Assembly (NCBI GenBank): GCA_024233115.1
Contig: JACKQB010000004.1
Coordinates: forward strand, 196,923-260,922
Origin: Akkermansiaceae bacterium
GTDB taxonomy: Bacteria > Verrucomicrobiota > Verrucomicrobiia > Verrucomicrobiales > Akkermansiaceae
Length of the DNA stretch: 64,000 nucleotides
Direction: 5' to 3'
The notes below the pieces were generated by a model. That model was not told the origin of the DNA, searched no databases, and worked only from the letters and a program-made list of their open reading frames with translations. Below are positions 1 to 9,257 of this stretch, piece by piece. The position numbers and the translations under genes were made by a program. Position 1 is the stretch's first letter, and each line of letters starts with the position of its first letter.

Positions 1-1297
1 AGAGCAAGGGAGTATTGACATCAACCCCCACCCCAAAGGTGAAGATACGGCGATGATGCCGGTTCGCCCTGGCAATGGCCTCGCGGATCCTTCCTTCGTG
101 GGTCTGGCCGATTGTTGGCACACCATCGGTTAGAAAAAGAATAATCGGCAGCATGCCCTGGGTTGCTTGTTGCTGGGTAGCCACCTGGAGGGCATCGTGG
201 ATATTGGTACCACCGCTGACACGCACGCTGGAGATGTATTTTCTGGCAGCCAGCAGGCTGTCCCGCGTTTTGATCACGGGCTTCTCCGCAAAGACCTCGA
301 CCGATTCATTGTAGACAATGATGTTAAATGCCTCCCCATCGTTGAGTCCTTCAATGACCTGGGTGGCGGCCTTCAGGGCTTGCTCCATTTTTTCTCCCGC
401 CATGCTTCCCGACTTGTCGATGACCAGGGTGACTTCACGTAACACGGGCTGTTTTTTCTCGACGGCAGGTGGAGAAAGCAGAAGCAGGAAATAGCCGCCA
501 TGTTTATCCTTTTCCTTACCGGGATAGGCCATGATGGAGGCGCTGGCTTGCTTGTTCTTGCGCTGCGTCGCAGATAGGCGGAATGAACCCGGCTGCATCT
601 TCCCCTGGTTGGTCAGCTTGATCCGGTTAGGGCCCACCCGACTTTCCCCGGTATGATGCGTGGGTGAGTAGACACCGGCGAGACCACCTTTGACGGTCCA
701 GTCGACAGCGACGTTCCATGGCACGTGATACTCGGGCGACTCGGTTCGGAGCAGCGTGTAATCGATCCGGTTGCCGTCGACCTCAAGCATTTCCTCGTAG
801 ACAAGGCGCACCCGGCAAGTCCCATGGGCAGTCACGGGGAAGACACTCGATTTAACCAGACCGCTGGCCGCGAATTCCAGCAGGGCAGGGTCGAGTGAGC
901 GGCGGACGATTTCATCGTAAATTTTGCGTGCCTCGTCGCGGGGAACGAGTTTGGCGGGGAACTTACCCTGGGCACCCTCGAGTCCGAACTCGCGTATTAC
1001 GGCATGGACCGAAACCGGGATGATGACGACGGACTCCTGCTGCCGGTTTCCCGGATTGTGCAGGGACATGGTCATGGTCGTGGTAGCCATCCTGCCAACG
1101 ATCCTCGCCGATACGTCCACGGAACTTACCTGCACTGGTGCGGGATGGTGGGGCCTGGGACGGACATGCGGCAAAATCGGAGGGTGCCAGTGGCGATGCG
1201 CTGGATGTTTTTCTTCATGGGCAAACAACTGCCGTGGACTCAAGGTACCGGCAATTACGGTGCCACCAAATATTTGAACTATTTTTCTGCGATTCAT
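1..1297 (-). CDS. VIT + von Willebrand factor A (vWA) domain protein; the C-terminus runs off the window edge
   Basis: I translated the minus strand by hand from the ATG at 1297 (MNRRKIVQIFGGTV...). The product has the vWA MIDAS-type motifs 'VIDKSGSMAG', 'SGGTNIHDAL' and 'LFLTDGVPT', preceded by a VIT-like N-terminal region. It is absent from the ORF track, presumably because it is open at the edge. Confidence 0.75.
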   Translation of the reverse strand, partial: MNRRKIVQIFGGTVIAGTLSPRQLFAHEEKHPAHRHWHPPILPHVRPRPHHPAPVQVSSVDVSARIVGRMATTTMTMSLHNPGNRQQESVVIIPVSVHAVIREFGLEGAQGKFPAKLVPRDEARKIYDEIVRRSLDPALLEFAASGLVKSSVFPVTAHGTCRVRLVYEEMLEVDGNRIDYTLLRTESPEYHVPWNVAVDWTVKGGLAGVYSPTHHTGESRVGPNRIKLTNQGKMQPGSFRLSATQRKNKQASASIMAYPGKEKDKHGGYFLLLLSPPAVEKKQPVLREVTLVIDKSGSMAGEKMEQALKAATQVIEGLNDGEAFNIIVYNESVEVFAEKPVIKTRDSLLAARKYISSVRVSGGTNIHDALQVATQQQATQGMLPIILFLTDGVPTIGQTHEGRIREAIARANRHHRRIFTFGVGVDVNTPLL

Positions 1298-1397
1298 GGG
1301 ATCATCTTTCGTTGATGATCGTAGAATAGGCGCATTTTCCCCGCCTGTGTGTAAATGCTCTGTAAATTATACAGCCGGGGAGCCAGAACCAGGCTGC

Positions 1398-2222
1398 TTA
1401 CATCATGGCGAAGATCTCTGCCGGTGTTTTCCCCTGCTCACGCAGGGTGCGGAGACTGAGGGAGTCGTCACGCTTGGCGAGGCGTTTTCCTTGATCATCG
1501 AGGATGAGCCGGTGGTGGTGGTAGGTGGGAATCGGCAGGCCTAACAATTTTTGCAACAACCGGTGCACATGGGTCGATGCAAGCAGATCCTCGCCACGGG
1601 TGACATCGGTGATTTTCTGAAAAGCATCATCGATCACAACCGCGAGATGGTAGGAGGTGGCGATGTCTTTTCGGGCAAGCACCACATCGCCTAACAAAAA
1701 AGGATCCACCTCCACCCGGCCTTTGATTTCGTCTTCAAAGCCCAGTGGCCCGGCGAGTCTGGCTGCGGAGCAGGTATCGAGTCGCCAACAGTGCCCCAGC
1801 CCGGCCGCGATCCGGTCAGCGCGTTCCATGGCTGACAATGACCGGCAGGTCCCAGGGTACAAGGTGCCTTCCGGACCATGGGGCGCGTTTCCCATCGATT
1901 CAATTTCCTGCTGGATCTCACGGCGGGTGCAGAAACAGGGATAGACCACCTCGAGCGACTTGAGTTTTTCCAAGGCTTCCAGATACGCAGGGAGTCGGTC
2001 GCTTTGACGGATCGGCGTTCCGTCCCATTGCAACCCGAGCCATGACAAGTCCCGCTCGATGGCGAGGTAGTAGTGATCCCTCACCCGCGTCACGTCGATA
2101 TCCTCGAACCGGAGTAGAAAACGTCCCCCGTTTTCCATGGCACAATCGTACGCATAGGCCGCCGCATAAGCATGCCCCAAATGAAGCATCCCTGTCGGTG
2201 ATGGCGCAAAGCGAGTGACCAT
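1398..2222 (-). CDS. gluQ: tRNA glutamyl-Q(34) synthetase (GluQRS)
   Basis: The product has the class I aaRS motif 'FAPSPTGMLHLGHA' and is a truncated GluRS-like protein of about 274 aa. I chose the start at MVTRFAPSPTG (ATG at 2222) rather than the longest ORF. Confidence 0.8.
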   Translation of the reverse strand: MVTRFAPSPTGMLHLGHAYAAAYAYDCAMENGGRFLLRFEDIDVTRVRDHYYLAIERDLSWLGLQWDGTPIRQSDRLPAYLEALEKLKSLEVVYPCFCTRREIQQEIESMGNAPHGPEGTLYPGTCRSLSAMERADRIAAGLGHCWRLDTCSAARLAGPLGFEDEIKGRVEVDPFLLGDVVLARKDIATSYHLAVVIDDAFQKITDVTRGEDLLASTHVHRLLQKLLGLPIPTYHHHRLILDDQGKRLAKRDDSLSLRTLREQGKTPAEIFAMM

Positions 2223-2287
2223 GGTTTGTCTTTTAAACCCGAGGAAACAAACGCCAAACACCAAATGGCCGGACTTAACAAAAAAAT

Positions 2288-2329
2288 GTTAACGCAAAAT
2301 ACTTGCAATAGTTTCTATCTTGCGTTAAC
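2288..2329. promoter_or_regulatory. Candidate operator: perfect 10-bp inverted repeat in the divergent gluQ / metal-ABC intergenic region
   Basis: 'gttaacgcaa' at 2288-2297 and 'ttgcgttaac' at 2320-2329 are separated by a 22-nt spacer. The repeat ends 13 nt upstream of the substrate-binding-protein ATG at 2342. Confidence 0.3.
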
Positions 2330-2341
2330 GCTCCTTCCGCC

Positions 2342-3235
2342 ATGAAAAAGATCTCTCTGCTCCTCGGAATTTCCATACTTGCGCTGGTTACGACAGCAAC
2401 GGAAGCTGCGCGGTTGAAAGTAGCCAGTTTGCACCCCCTGATCACGGATGTTGCCCGTCAGGTGGCGGGGCAGCACGCCGAGGTGGTGCAGCTGATCGCT
2501 CCCCATGAGGACCCGCATCATTTCAAGCCCACGCCGAAGGCCCTGCTCAGGGCGAAGGGGGCGAGCCTCTATCTGGCGAGTGGCAAAAACCTGGAAACCT
2601 ATCTGGACAAACTCAGGAGCACCCTGGGCAGCAGCGCCAAGGTGGTTGAGGTGGGAAGGACTATTCCGTCGCAGAAAATCAGTGGTCGCGACAGTCAGTA
2701 TGTGTGTTGTCCGCAGCACGCGCACGGTGCGATCGACCCCCACTGGTGGCACCGCGTCAGCAACATGCAGAAGGCCGCCCGTGTCATTGCCAAGGAGTAT
2801 GCCGAGGCCGACCCCGCGAACGCGGACGCCTACAAGGCCAATGCCGCCGCCTACTCAAAACGCCTGTCTGCCCTGCACTCCTGGATCAAGCGTGAGGTCA
2901 GTCGCATCCCGCGTCAAAACCGCATCCTCAGCACGGCGCACGCCGCGTTTGGATATTTTTGCAAGGAATACGGGTTCAAGGCTCTGCCGGTGAAAGGCCT
3001 CACCGCCCAGCAAAAGACCAGTGCCAGCTATCAAGCGCTGGCGATCAGCGAGCTGCGCAAAAACCATGTCAAAGCCATCTTCCCGGAGCAGCGGGCGAAC
3101 CCCAAGTCGCTGCAGATCATCGCCAGGGAAGCCGGTGTCCGCATCGGAGGCACGCTGGCGGCTGACGGATCGACAAACTACGAGAAGATGATGAGGGACA
3201 ACGTCAGTAAAATCGTCTCGGCACTCGCTCGCTAA
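2342..3235 (+). CDS. Metal ABC transporter substrate-binding protein (Znu/Mnt/Tro, cluster A-I type)
   Basis: It has a signal peptide and His-containing motifs ('PHEDPHHF', 'DPHWWH') typical of ZnuA/TroA-like binding proteins. It is followed by a cognate ATPase and permease. Confidence 0.85.
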   Translation: MKKISLLLGISILALVTTATEAARLKVASLHPLITDVARQVAGQHAEVVQLIAPHEDPHHFKPTPKALLRAKGASLYLASGKNLETYLDKLRSTLGSSAKVVEVGRTIPSQKISGRDSQYVCCPQHAHGAIDPHWWHRVSNMQKAARVIAKEYAEADPANADAYKANAAAYSKRLSALHSWIKREVSRIPRQNRILSTAHAAFGYFCKEYGFKALPVKGLTAQQKTSASYQALAISELRKNHVKAIFPEQRANPKSLQIIAREAGVRIGGTLAADGSTNYEKMMRDNVSKIVSALAR

Positions 3236-3279
3236 CACCCGGCGGTCACTGCCACGTAGCCCGATTTTTTTTCTAACGC

Positions 3280-3756
3280 ATGAAAGGCCAGCCACCGATC
3301 CAAGCCCTGCTGTTGCTCGTCGTTCTGGCGATTGTCGGATTTGCCGGCAGTCTCTACATCGACACCGGCGCGCCCGCCACCCCGGCTGCCCCACAACAGG
3401 CAAACGACGATGGCGAGCACACGGTGGAGGCCGAGATCGAGTTTACGTTTTCAACGCCACCGCAGTCCTACACCCTCAAGCGGCCATCGGAGAGCGGCGG
3501 GGAGGACGTGGTGCTTCTCAGCGTTGCCTCGCCTGCGGAAAACCCGGACTACCGCGACGTAAAACTCGTCGCCCACCGGGATGTCACCTACTGGCTCGAT
3601 GTCGTCTGGCCCGACGATGCCGTGGACGGCAGCCACCACTTCGTGCAGGTGAGCATTTCCCCGGACCATGGAGAAGGCCAGAAGTATTCCTTTTTCAGCA
3701 GCTCCAGGGAAATGAACGAAACCTTCGAATACAACACGGGAGGACATCATGAGTAA
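3280..3756 (+). CDS. Hypothetical membrane-anchored protein embedded in the metal ABC operon
   Basis: It has one N-terminal TM helix (LLLLVVLAIVGFAG), an acidic soluble domain and a C-terminal 'GGHHE'. Its stop overlaps the start of the ATPase gene by 8 nt. I recognise no family. Confidence 0.5.
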   Translation: MKGQPPIQALLLLVVLAIVGFAGSLYIDTGAPATPAAPQQANDDGEHTVEAEIEFTFSTPPQSYTLKRPSESGGEDVVLLSVASPAENPDYRDVKLVAHRDVTYWLDVVWPDDAVDGSHHFVQVSISPDHGEGQKYSFFSSSREMNETFEYNTGGHHE

Positions 3757-4507
3757 GTGCACCCATACCCACAACCGAGGTCAGACTCACGAGTTGATCA
3801 TCCGCGACCTGGAAGTCGCCTACCGCGATGTCAGTGTCCTGGAAAACATCAACCTTCAGGTCCGCTGCGGTAACAGCCTGGCATTGGTCGGGCCTAACGG
3901 CGCGGGCAAAAGCACGCTGCTCAAAGCCATCGCGGGACTGGTCAAGCGCAAGACCGGAAGCGTCTCCTGGTGCGGCGAGGACAACGTCCAGTGCCGTGGC
4001 GGCGAGTTCGCCTACCTTCCCCAGCACGAGGAAGTCAACTGGGACTTCCCGGTCACCGTCCGTGGCGTTGTGGAAATGGGGCGCTACTCCCAGCTCGGCG
4101 CGTGGGGGAAGTTCACTAAAAAAGATGAGCTCGCGGTCGAGCAAGCACTCCATCTGATGGAAATGGACGGCGAGCTCGCCAACCGCCAGATCAGTGAGCT
4201 ATCAGGAGGCCAGAAACAACGCGCGTTCATCGCCCGGGCGGTGGCGCAGGAGGCGCATGTCCTGTTGTTAGACGAGCCGTTTACGGGGCTTGATCGTGAC
4301 CATACGGCGAACCTGACCCGTCTGCTGCGCAAGCTTGCCATGGAACACCGGTTGGTGATCGCCTCCCACCACGACATCAACACGCTGGCGGATATCTTTG
4401 ATCACGTGTTGTTACTCAACCGCAACATTGTGGCCTACGGGGAGTGCCAGACCGTGCTCACCGAGGAAAACCTCAACCTCACCTTCAAAACAGCGGACAA
4501 TGAATGA
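3749..4507 (+). CDS. Metal ABC transporter ATP-binding protein
   Basis: It has Walker A 'GPNGAGKST', the ABC signature 'LSGGQKQR' and Walker B 'LLLDEP'. Confidence 0.9.
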   Translation: MSKCTHTHNRGQTHELIIRDLEVAYRDVSVLENINLQVRCGNSLALVGPNGAGKSTLLKAIAGLVKRKTGSVSWCGEDNVQCRGGEFAYLPQHEEVNWDFPVTVRGVVEMGRYSQLGAWGKFTKKDELAVEQALHLMEMDGELANRQISELSGGQKQRAFIARAVAQEAHVLLLDEPFTGLDRDHTANLTRLLRKLAMEHRLVIASHHDINTLADIFDHVLLLNRNIVAYGECQTVLTEENLNLTFKTADNE

Positions 4508-5378
4508 ACTTCTGCAAATGCTCGATATGCCGTTTTTTCGCCGCGCCCTGGTGGCGGCGGCGCTGATCGGATTTACCAACGGCTTTGTCAGTGGCTTTGT
4601 CCTGTTGCGGAAAAGCTCGCTGACCTTGAGCGCGCTTTGCCACACCCTGCTGCCGGGCATCGTTATTGTGGTGCTCATCACCGGCGCGCTGACCCAGGCG
4701 GGTGCGTTTACGGGAGCCTTGCTCGCCGCCCTGATTGTCGGGCTCGGCTCGATCTCGGTGACCCGCAACACCCGGCTGCCCCAGAGCACCGCGCTGGCGA
4801 TATTCTTTACCACCGCCTTCGCGCTGGGAATCGTTCTCATCCAGTACACCCACACGGTGCAGAATCTCGAGGACTGGCTGTTTGGAAACATCCTTTCTGT
4901 GAGTGACTCCGACTTGCAGGTGTTCTTTGGCATCTCCTGTTTCATCCTTCTGAGCGCGACCCTTTTCATGCGACCGCTCCTGCTGACCTTGTTTGAACCG
5001 AATGTCGCTGCCGTGCAGGGGGTGGGTGTGCGCTGGATGAATTACCTGCTCTACGCGCTGATGATTTTCGCCCTGATGGCAAGTTTCCAAGCGGTCGGCC
5101 CGATCCTCTCGATCGGTCTGCTCGTCGTCCCGGGTGCCATCGTCTCACTCTTCACCAACCAGACGCGGTGGTTGTTCTGGGGCGGAGGCATCGTCGGCTG
5201 CCTGAGCTCCATGCTGGCTGTGGTGATTTCCGTCCCCCTCAACATCCCGACCGGCCCGGCCATCGTCCTGGTGCTGGGTATCATCTTCCTCATCGCCTAT
5301 TTCGTAAACCCCAACTACGGGCCGTTGAAACGCCTGCAAACGAACAACAAAAACAACAAAAGTAAGAATGTACCATAA
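4500..5378 (+). CDS. Metal ABC transporter permease (ABC-3 family)
   Basis: It is polytopic and hydrophobic with ZnuB/MntB-like layout. I chose the start at MNELLQML (ATG 4500), which overlaps the ATPase stop. Confidence 0.85.
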   Translation: MNELLQMLDMPFFRRALVAAALIGFTNGFVSGFVLLRKSSLTLSALCHTLLPGIVIVVLITGALTQAGAFTGALLAALIVGLGSISVTRNTRLPQSTALAIFFTTAFALGIVLIQYTHTVQNLEDWLFGNILSVSDSDLQVFFGISCFILLSATLFMRPLLLTLFEPNVAAVQGVGVRWMNYLLYALMIFALMASFQAVGPILSIGLLVVPGAIVSLFTNQTRWLFWGGGIVGCLSSMLAVVISVPLNIPTGPAIVLVLGIIFLIAYFVNPNYGPLKRLQTNNKNNKSKNVP

Positions 5379-6537
5379 AAACACCCAATACCTAGTCGTT
5401 TCCTCGTTGCTTGGGGTCATGCCTCTCACCCTAACAGCAGAAGCAAATCCGGACACAGAAGCCACGGTGCCGCCGGTCAAAGAAGAAGCATCGATCCGGC
5501 TGGAGCCTACCTTGCATCTGCGGCTGACTCACGGAAACACCTCGCTTCCCGCTGATGAAGTCGCCTTTGCAGGTCATGATCCCTCGGAGGACGGCTTCAA
5601 TTTCCAGGGCTTTGAAATCGGCGGCAACATCTACCTCGGCGAATACGTCAGCGGCTTTACCACGGTGAATATTTTCAAAACAGACGGGGAAGAATTCGAC
5701 GCGGAATTTGAGGAAGGCTTTCTCAAACTGCACAACCTGCCCGGAGGCTTCGAGGTCCGTGGGGGCCGCATGCTGGCACGTTTCGGCGACCAGAACGCGC
5801 ACCATTTACACGCTTGGGATTTTGCCAACTCAAATATCGCCAACGTCAGATACCTCGGTGACGACGGCTTCGCCTATGACGGCGGTGAACTGACCTGGAT
5901 CGCGCCCACGCCGTGGACAGATTCTCTCAGCGTCGGATTTGGCTCACCGGTCGCCCATGAACATGAAGGTCATGACGAGGGGCACGTAGGTCACGACCAT
6001 CACGAGGAGGCGGAAATGGCTCGTCCCGTCGGGGATGTCATCGTGGTTCGCTATCAGGCGAAGTTCGGGCCAAACGATTTCCACCGCTTTAAGGTGGGCG
6101 GCAGTTTCCTAACAGGAGATAATGGATTCGACATGACCACTGATATCTACGGGGCTGATTTCACCTACACCTGGCGTGAAAACGGACTTGAACCCGGTGG
6201 TCGCCAGTTCCGCTGGCGCAGCGAGTGGATCATGCGCGATGTCGAGAACGACGAAGGTGGCTTCGAGGACAACGGCTACAACACCGCCCTGCTCTGGGAA
6301 TTCATCGAGAACTGGGAAGCCGGGTTACGCTACGAGTATCTTGAGGGTGTCGAGGACCCCGAGTTGTTAGAAAGAAAACGCACCTCACTGTCCATCGCCA
6401 GAAGGTTTGACCTCGGTAATGATCTCACGGGCCTCGTGCGTCTCCAGTACGACCACGATGACATCAAGGGACACGGCGACGAAGACAGTATCTGGCTGCA
6501 GTTTGGCTTCGACTGGGGCCCGGGCGAAGTACGCTAG
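5368..6537 (+). CDS. Secreted His-rich protein, putative outer-membrane beta-barrel (paralog 1)
   Basis: It has a signal peptide and the His cluster 'HEHEGHDEGHVGHDHHEE'. Its C-terminal part has an alternating pattern ending 'IWLQFGFDWG'. It overlaps the permease stop. The function is an inference. Confidence 0.6.
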   Translation: MYHKNTQYLVVSSLLGVMPLTLTAEANPDTEATVPPVKEEASIRLEPTLHLRLTHGNTSLPADEVAFAGHDPSEDGFNFQGFEIGGNIYLGEYVSGFTTVNIFKTDGEEFDAEFEEGFLKLHNLPGGFEVRGGRMLARFGDQNAHHLHAWDFANSNIANVRYLGDDGFAYDGGELTWIAPTPWTDSLSVGFGSPVAHEHEGHDEGHVGHDHHEEAEMARPVGDVIVVRYQAKFGPNDFHRFKVGGSFLTGDNGFDMTTDIYGADFTYTWRENGLEPGGRQFRWRSEWIMRDVENDEGGFEDNGYNTALLWEFIENWEAGLRYEYLEGVEDPELLERKRTSLSIARRFDLGNDLTGLVRLQYDHDDIKGHGDEDSIWLQFGFDWGPGEVR

Positions 6538-6636
6538 AATTCCATCTGCTCGATTTAGGGTTGGTCAGTGCCAATCTTAACGACTAATGTGTCGGGACGC
6601 GGTCATCCGCCATGTCCCGATATTTTTTCCAGCCCT

Positions 6637-7815
6637 ATGCCGTCGCTTTATTCTCACATCCCCGCCTGCATGATCCTATGCGCCCTCTTTTCACCGGCCA
6701 CGGGGAATGAAAGCGCCCCTGCGGACATTCCCTTTGGGGGTGTCGACTGCGATCACGATACGGGGCCTTCCTTGCTGATCGAGCCACGCGCGCACTTGCG
6801 GGCCGTCCTGGGAGATACGGATCTCGAGGACGCTGGCCTCGCCCACGGCGGACACGATCCCGTCCATTCCGGATTCAGCGTGCCCAGTCTCTCACTGGGT
6901 GCCGACATTCTTTATGGCGAGCACATCGCCGGTTTTACTGAAGGTATTATTTCGTGGAACGATGTTGACGGCTGGGATGCGGAGCTTGAAGAGTTTTATG
7001 CCAGGTTTTTAAACCTTCCCGGTGGCTTCGAGATGAAGGCAGGTCGGCTGTTGGCCACCGTCGGCACTCAAAACAACATCCATAACCATGCCTGGAAATT
7101 TGTCGATGCCAACCTCGGCAATGTGCGTTTCCTCGGTGACGATGGCCTGGTCATCGAGGGTGTGGAAATCACGTGGATGGCACCAAGCCATTGGAACGAC
7201 CGATTGACGCTGTCGTTTGGTAATGCTGTTAGCCATGATCACGAGGAAGCGGAACACGCCGGCGGTGCACACGATCACAGCGAGGAAGCTGGGCAAGCCC
7301 TTTGGGATAGGAACGTTCTCTCCGTGCATTACCAGGCAATCGTCTGGCCCAGTGATACCTGTCAGTTTATTTACGGCGCTAGTTATTTGCAGGGAGAAAA
7401 TTTCATGGCGAAAACCGGCCGACTCTTCGGGGTCGATCTCACCTACACCTGGCTGCAGGACGAGGACCATGGCAAACAATTCACCTGGAGAAACGAGGCC
7501 ATGCTGCGTAGGATTGGCACCGACGAAGGAAAATTCGAGGAGCTCGCCGTCACTTCAGCGGCTCTCTACAAGTTGAACCCCAAGTGGGAAATTGGTCTGC
7601 GCTATGATTATCTGGAGGGTGTCGATGATCCTGAACTTCCCGAACGCCACCGGGTCTCCCCCTCCCTTGCGTGTTATTTTTCCCTCGGAAAAATCGAGTC
7701 TGTCGCGCGACTGCAATACAACTTCGATCACTCTGATGAACGTGGCGGGGACCACAGCGTCTGGCTCCAGTTTGGATTCGAATGGGGAGCAGGTGGTGAC
7801 GCGCATGTGCATTGA
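6637..7815 (+). CDS. Secreted His-rich protein, putative outer-membrane beta-barrel (paralog 2)
   Basis: It is collinear with paralog 1 and shares 'LNLPGGFE', 'HAW.F', 'VRFLGDDG', 'GLRYDYLEGVDDPEL' and 'VWLQFGFEWG'. It has a His cluster 'HDHEEAEHAGGAHDH'. I chose the start at ATG 6637; the track's longest ORF starts at GTG 6568. Confidence 0.6.
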   Translation: MPSLYSHIPACMILCALFSPATGNESAPADIPFGGVDCDHDTGPSLLIEPRAHLRAVLGDTDLEDAGLAHGGHDPVHSGFSVPSLSLGADILYGEHIAGFTEGIISWNDVDGWDAELEEFYARFLNLPGGFEMKAGRLLATVGTQNNIHNHAWKFVDANLGNVRFLGDDGLVIEGVEITWMAPSHWNDRLTLSFGNAVSHDHEEAEHAGGAHDHSEEAGQALWDRNVLSVHYQAIVWPSDTCQFIYGASYLQGENFMAKTGRLFGVDLTYTWLQDEDHGKQFTWRNEAMLRRIGTDEGKFEELAVTSAALYKLNPKWEIGLRYDYLEGVDDPELPERHRVSPSLACYFSLGKIESVARLQYNFDHSDERGGDHSVWLQFGFEWGAGGDAHVH

Positions 7816-7840
7816 CACCCTTCTGAAGGTTGAATTTTGA

Positions 7841-8521
7841 ATGATGAATGTTGAAATCATTGGCCACGTTCGCACCTGTTATGGGGAAAAGTTTGGTGTC
7901 CCCCGACAGCCGGGACTCGTCGACGAAGCCTGGGGCGAGCTGGTTTTCGAGCCGGAGTTCCGGTCAGCTGATGCCGTCAAAGGACTTGAAGGGTTTTCCC
8001 ATGTCTGGCTGGTGTTTGTTTTTCATCAGGCGATTCGAGATGACTGGAAACCAACTGTCAGGCCGCCGCGACTCGGGGGAAACAAGAAAGTGGGTGTCTT
8101 CGCCAGCAGGTCTCCTTTCCGGCCGAATCCAATCGGGCTGTCATGCGTGAGGCTGGTAGGCATCGATCCGGATCACCCGGATGGCCCGGTCCTCAATTTG
8201 CGTGGCGTGGACCTGGTCGATGGCACACCCATTCTCGATATCAAACCCTACATCCCCTTCTCCGATTCGTTGCCTGATGCCCTGGCAGGCTTCGCTCAGG
8301 AGCCGCCGGCCCTGATGGCCGTCGAATGGCAGGATGGAGTCGGCGACTCCCTGGACACAGGAACAAAACACCTGATCGAAAAGACCCTGGCCAATGACCC
8401 CCGCCCCGCCTACCAGCATGACACGACTGACCGTGAATACGGTTGTCTGGTCGATGGCTGGAACATCCGGTGGCTGATCCGGTCGGGCAAGGTGTCGATC
8501 GTTTCATGTTTATCGGATTAA
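7841..8521 (+). CDS. trmO: tRNA (N6-threonylcarbamoyladenosine(37)-N6)-methyltransferase TrmO (TsaA/YaeB family)
   Basis: 'FGVPRQPG', 'HVWLVFVFH' and 'VFASRSPFRPNPIGLSCVRL' are typical of the TsaA/YaeB family. Confidence 0.8.
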   Translation: MMNVEIIGHVRTCYGEKFGVPRQPGLVDEAWGELVFEPEFRSADAVKGLEGFSHVWLVFVFHQAIRDDWKPTVRPPRLGGNKKVGVFASRSPFRPNPIGLSCVRLVGIDPDHPDGPVLNLRGVDLVDGTPILDIKPYIPFSDSLPDALAGFAQEPPALMAVEWQDGVGDSLDTGTKHLIEKTLANDPRPAYQHDTTDREYGCLVDGWNIRWLIRSGKVSIVSCLSD

Positions 8522-8610
8522 TCCGGTCGGACCGAACCATTGCGTGACACAATGCTCACCTTTTTTGCATCGCACGTTGAAGGAATTGCGCATAGTGTCA
8601 CAGTGAACTG

Positions 8611-9243
8611 ATGATGAAATACAGCACACTGGTTTTTGATTTTGATGGCACCATCGCCGACACCTTGGACGAGGGCTTGAAGATCTACAACCAGATGGCT
8701 GAAACGCATGGTCTGAAACCCATTGATGAGGACGAGGTTCATATTCTCCGTCACATGAAGCTCAATGACTTTCTTGACCATCTCGGGGTCCCCAGACTCC
8801 TCGTCCCCAAGCTCCTGTACAAGGGCACCCAGATGCTCAAGTCCCGGATTAGCCGATTACCTCTGATCGAGGGCATCGCCGACGCCCTCCCCCGCTTGCG
8901 CCAGAAGACCGAGCACTTCGGTATCCTGACATCCAACTCCACTGAAAACGTCCACCTCTTTCTTCAACACCATGGCTTGGAGGATATCTTTACCTTTGTT
9001 TCCTCCACCTCCAAACTAACCGGTAAATCAAAACACCTCCGCTCGATCTGCAGGACCTTTTCCATCAAGCCCGGAGATATGATCTACATCGGGGATGAGC
9101 TGCGCGATGTCAAAGCGGCTAAAAAGGCACAGATCCCAGTCGCGGCTGTCGGCTGGGGGTTTAACTCAGCCGCCGCCTTGGCGGAATCCAGACCCGATTA
9201 CCTGTTCCACCATCCCTCCGAGCTACACTCACTCGTCAGCTAA
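8611..9243 (+). CDS. HAD family hydrolase (phosphoglycolate phosphatase-like)
   Basis: It has HAD motif I 'VFDFDGTIADT', 'LTSNS', and a C-terminal 'IGDELRD'. Confidence 0.8.
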   Translation: MMKYSTLVFDFDGTIADTLDEGLKIYNQMAETHGLKPIDEDEVHILRHMKLNDFLDHLGVPRLLVPKLLYKGTQMLKSRISRLPLIEGIADALPRLRQKTEHFGILTSNSTENVHLFLQHHGLEDIFTFVSSTSKLTGKSKHLRSICRTFSIKPGDMIYIGDELRDVKAAKKAQIPVAAVGWGFNSAAALAESRPDYLFHHPSELHSLVS

Positions 9244-9257
9244 CAAGTCGGACTCCA

